DNA from: Stegostoma tigrinum
Lineage: Eukaryota
DNA length: 64,000 nt
NCBI RefSeq assembly: GCF_030684315.1
Contig: NC_081396.1
Location: forward strand, 9,601,628-9,665,627
Direction: 5' to 3'
Below, piece after piece: positions 63,783 through 64,000 of the stretch. Every line of letters starts with the position of its first letter. Position 1 is the first letter of the stretch. The notes below the pieces were generated by a model, which did not search any database, was not told the origin of the DNA, and saw only the letters and a program-made list of their open reading frames with translations. A program made the translations under genes and the position numbers.

Positions 63783-64000
63783 TGAATGTATGTTGCCTAT
63801 TTATGCCGAAACGTGCGTGCACCTCTCGTTACTTCGTCAGTGCGCTTGACACAGTCAAAGTATTCTTCTGATGCGGTCCTCTTTCATTTTCTCCACTTTC
63901 TCATTCTGTGCTTCAGATTTCCTCATTGAAAAGAGGGGAACGTGAAAGCTTGGATTTCTGTCAAAATTCAGCCATCAAAAGTTATACGAAGTATCACTGA

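Overview
Vertebrate genomic DNA, almost certainly from a shark: HE1-type tRNA SINEs, CR1 LINEs and Penelope-derived repeats dominate, and the repeat families suggest a carpet shark (inference). The host genes are a tandem cluster of two-exon class A GPCRs of the GPR139/GPR142 family. Two copies are intact (24555-27263 and 58631-63125), one is a full-length pseudogene (1925-5209), one is an inverted pseudogene fragment, and one is an intronic partial duplicate. All three first exons are 70 nt with a phase-1 intron. All three share an upstream module of E-box(es), a homeodomain-like site joined to an EBF/Olf-1-like site, and a TATA box, which resembles olfactory-receptor regulatory logic. In the middle of the cluster is an antigen-receptor V segment with a near-consensus 23-bp RSS (36471-36509), surrounded by probable decayed V remnants. 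The rest is decayed C2H2 zinc-finger arrays, cadherin-like remnants, Gmr1-type Gypsy relics, a 5' half CR1 with an esterase ORF1, and many Penelope-derived fold-back insertions with minimal hammerhead-ribozyme motifs and 12-17 bp target-site duplications. Most short ORFs in the track are repeat-derived noise. Repeat boundaries are approximate because they were read by eye.
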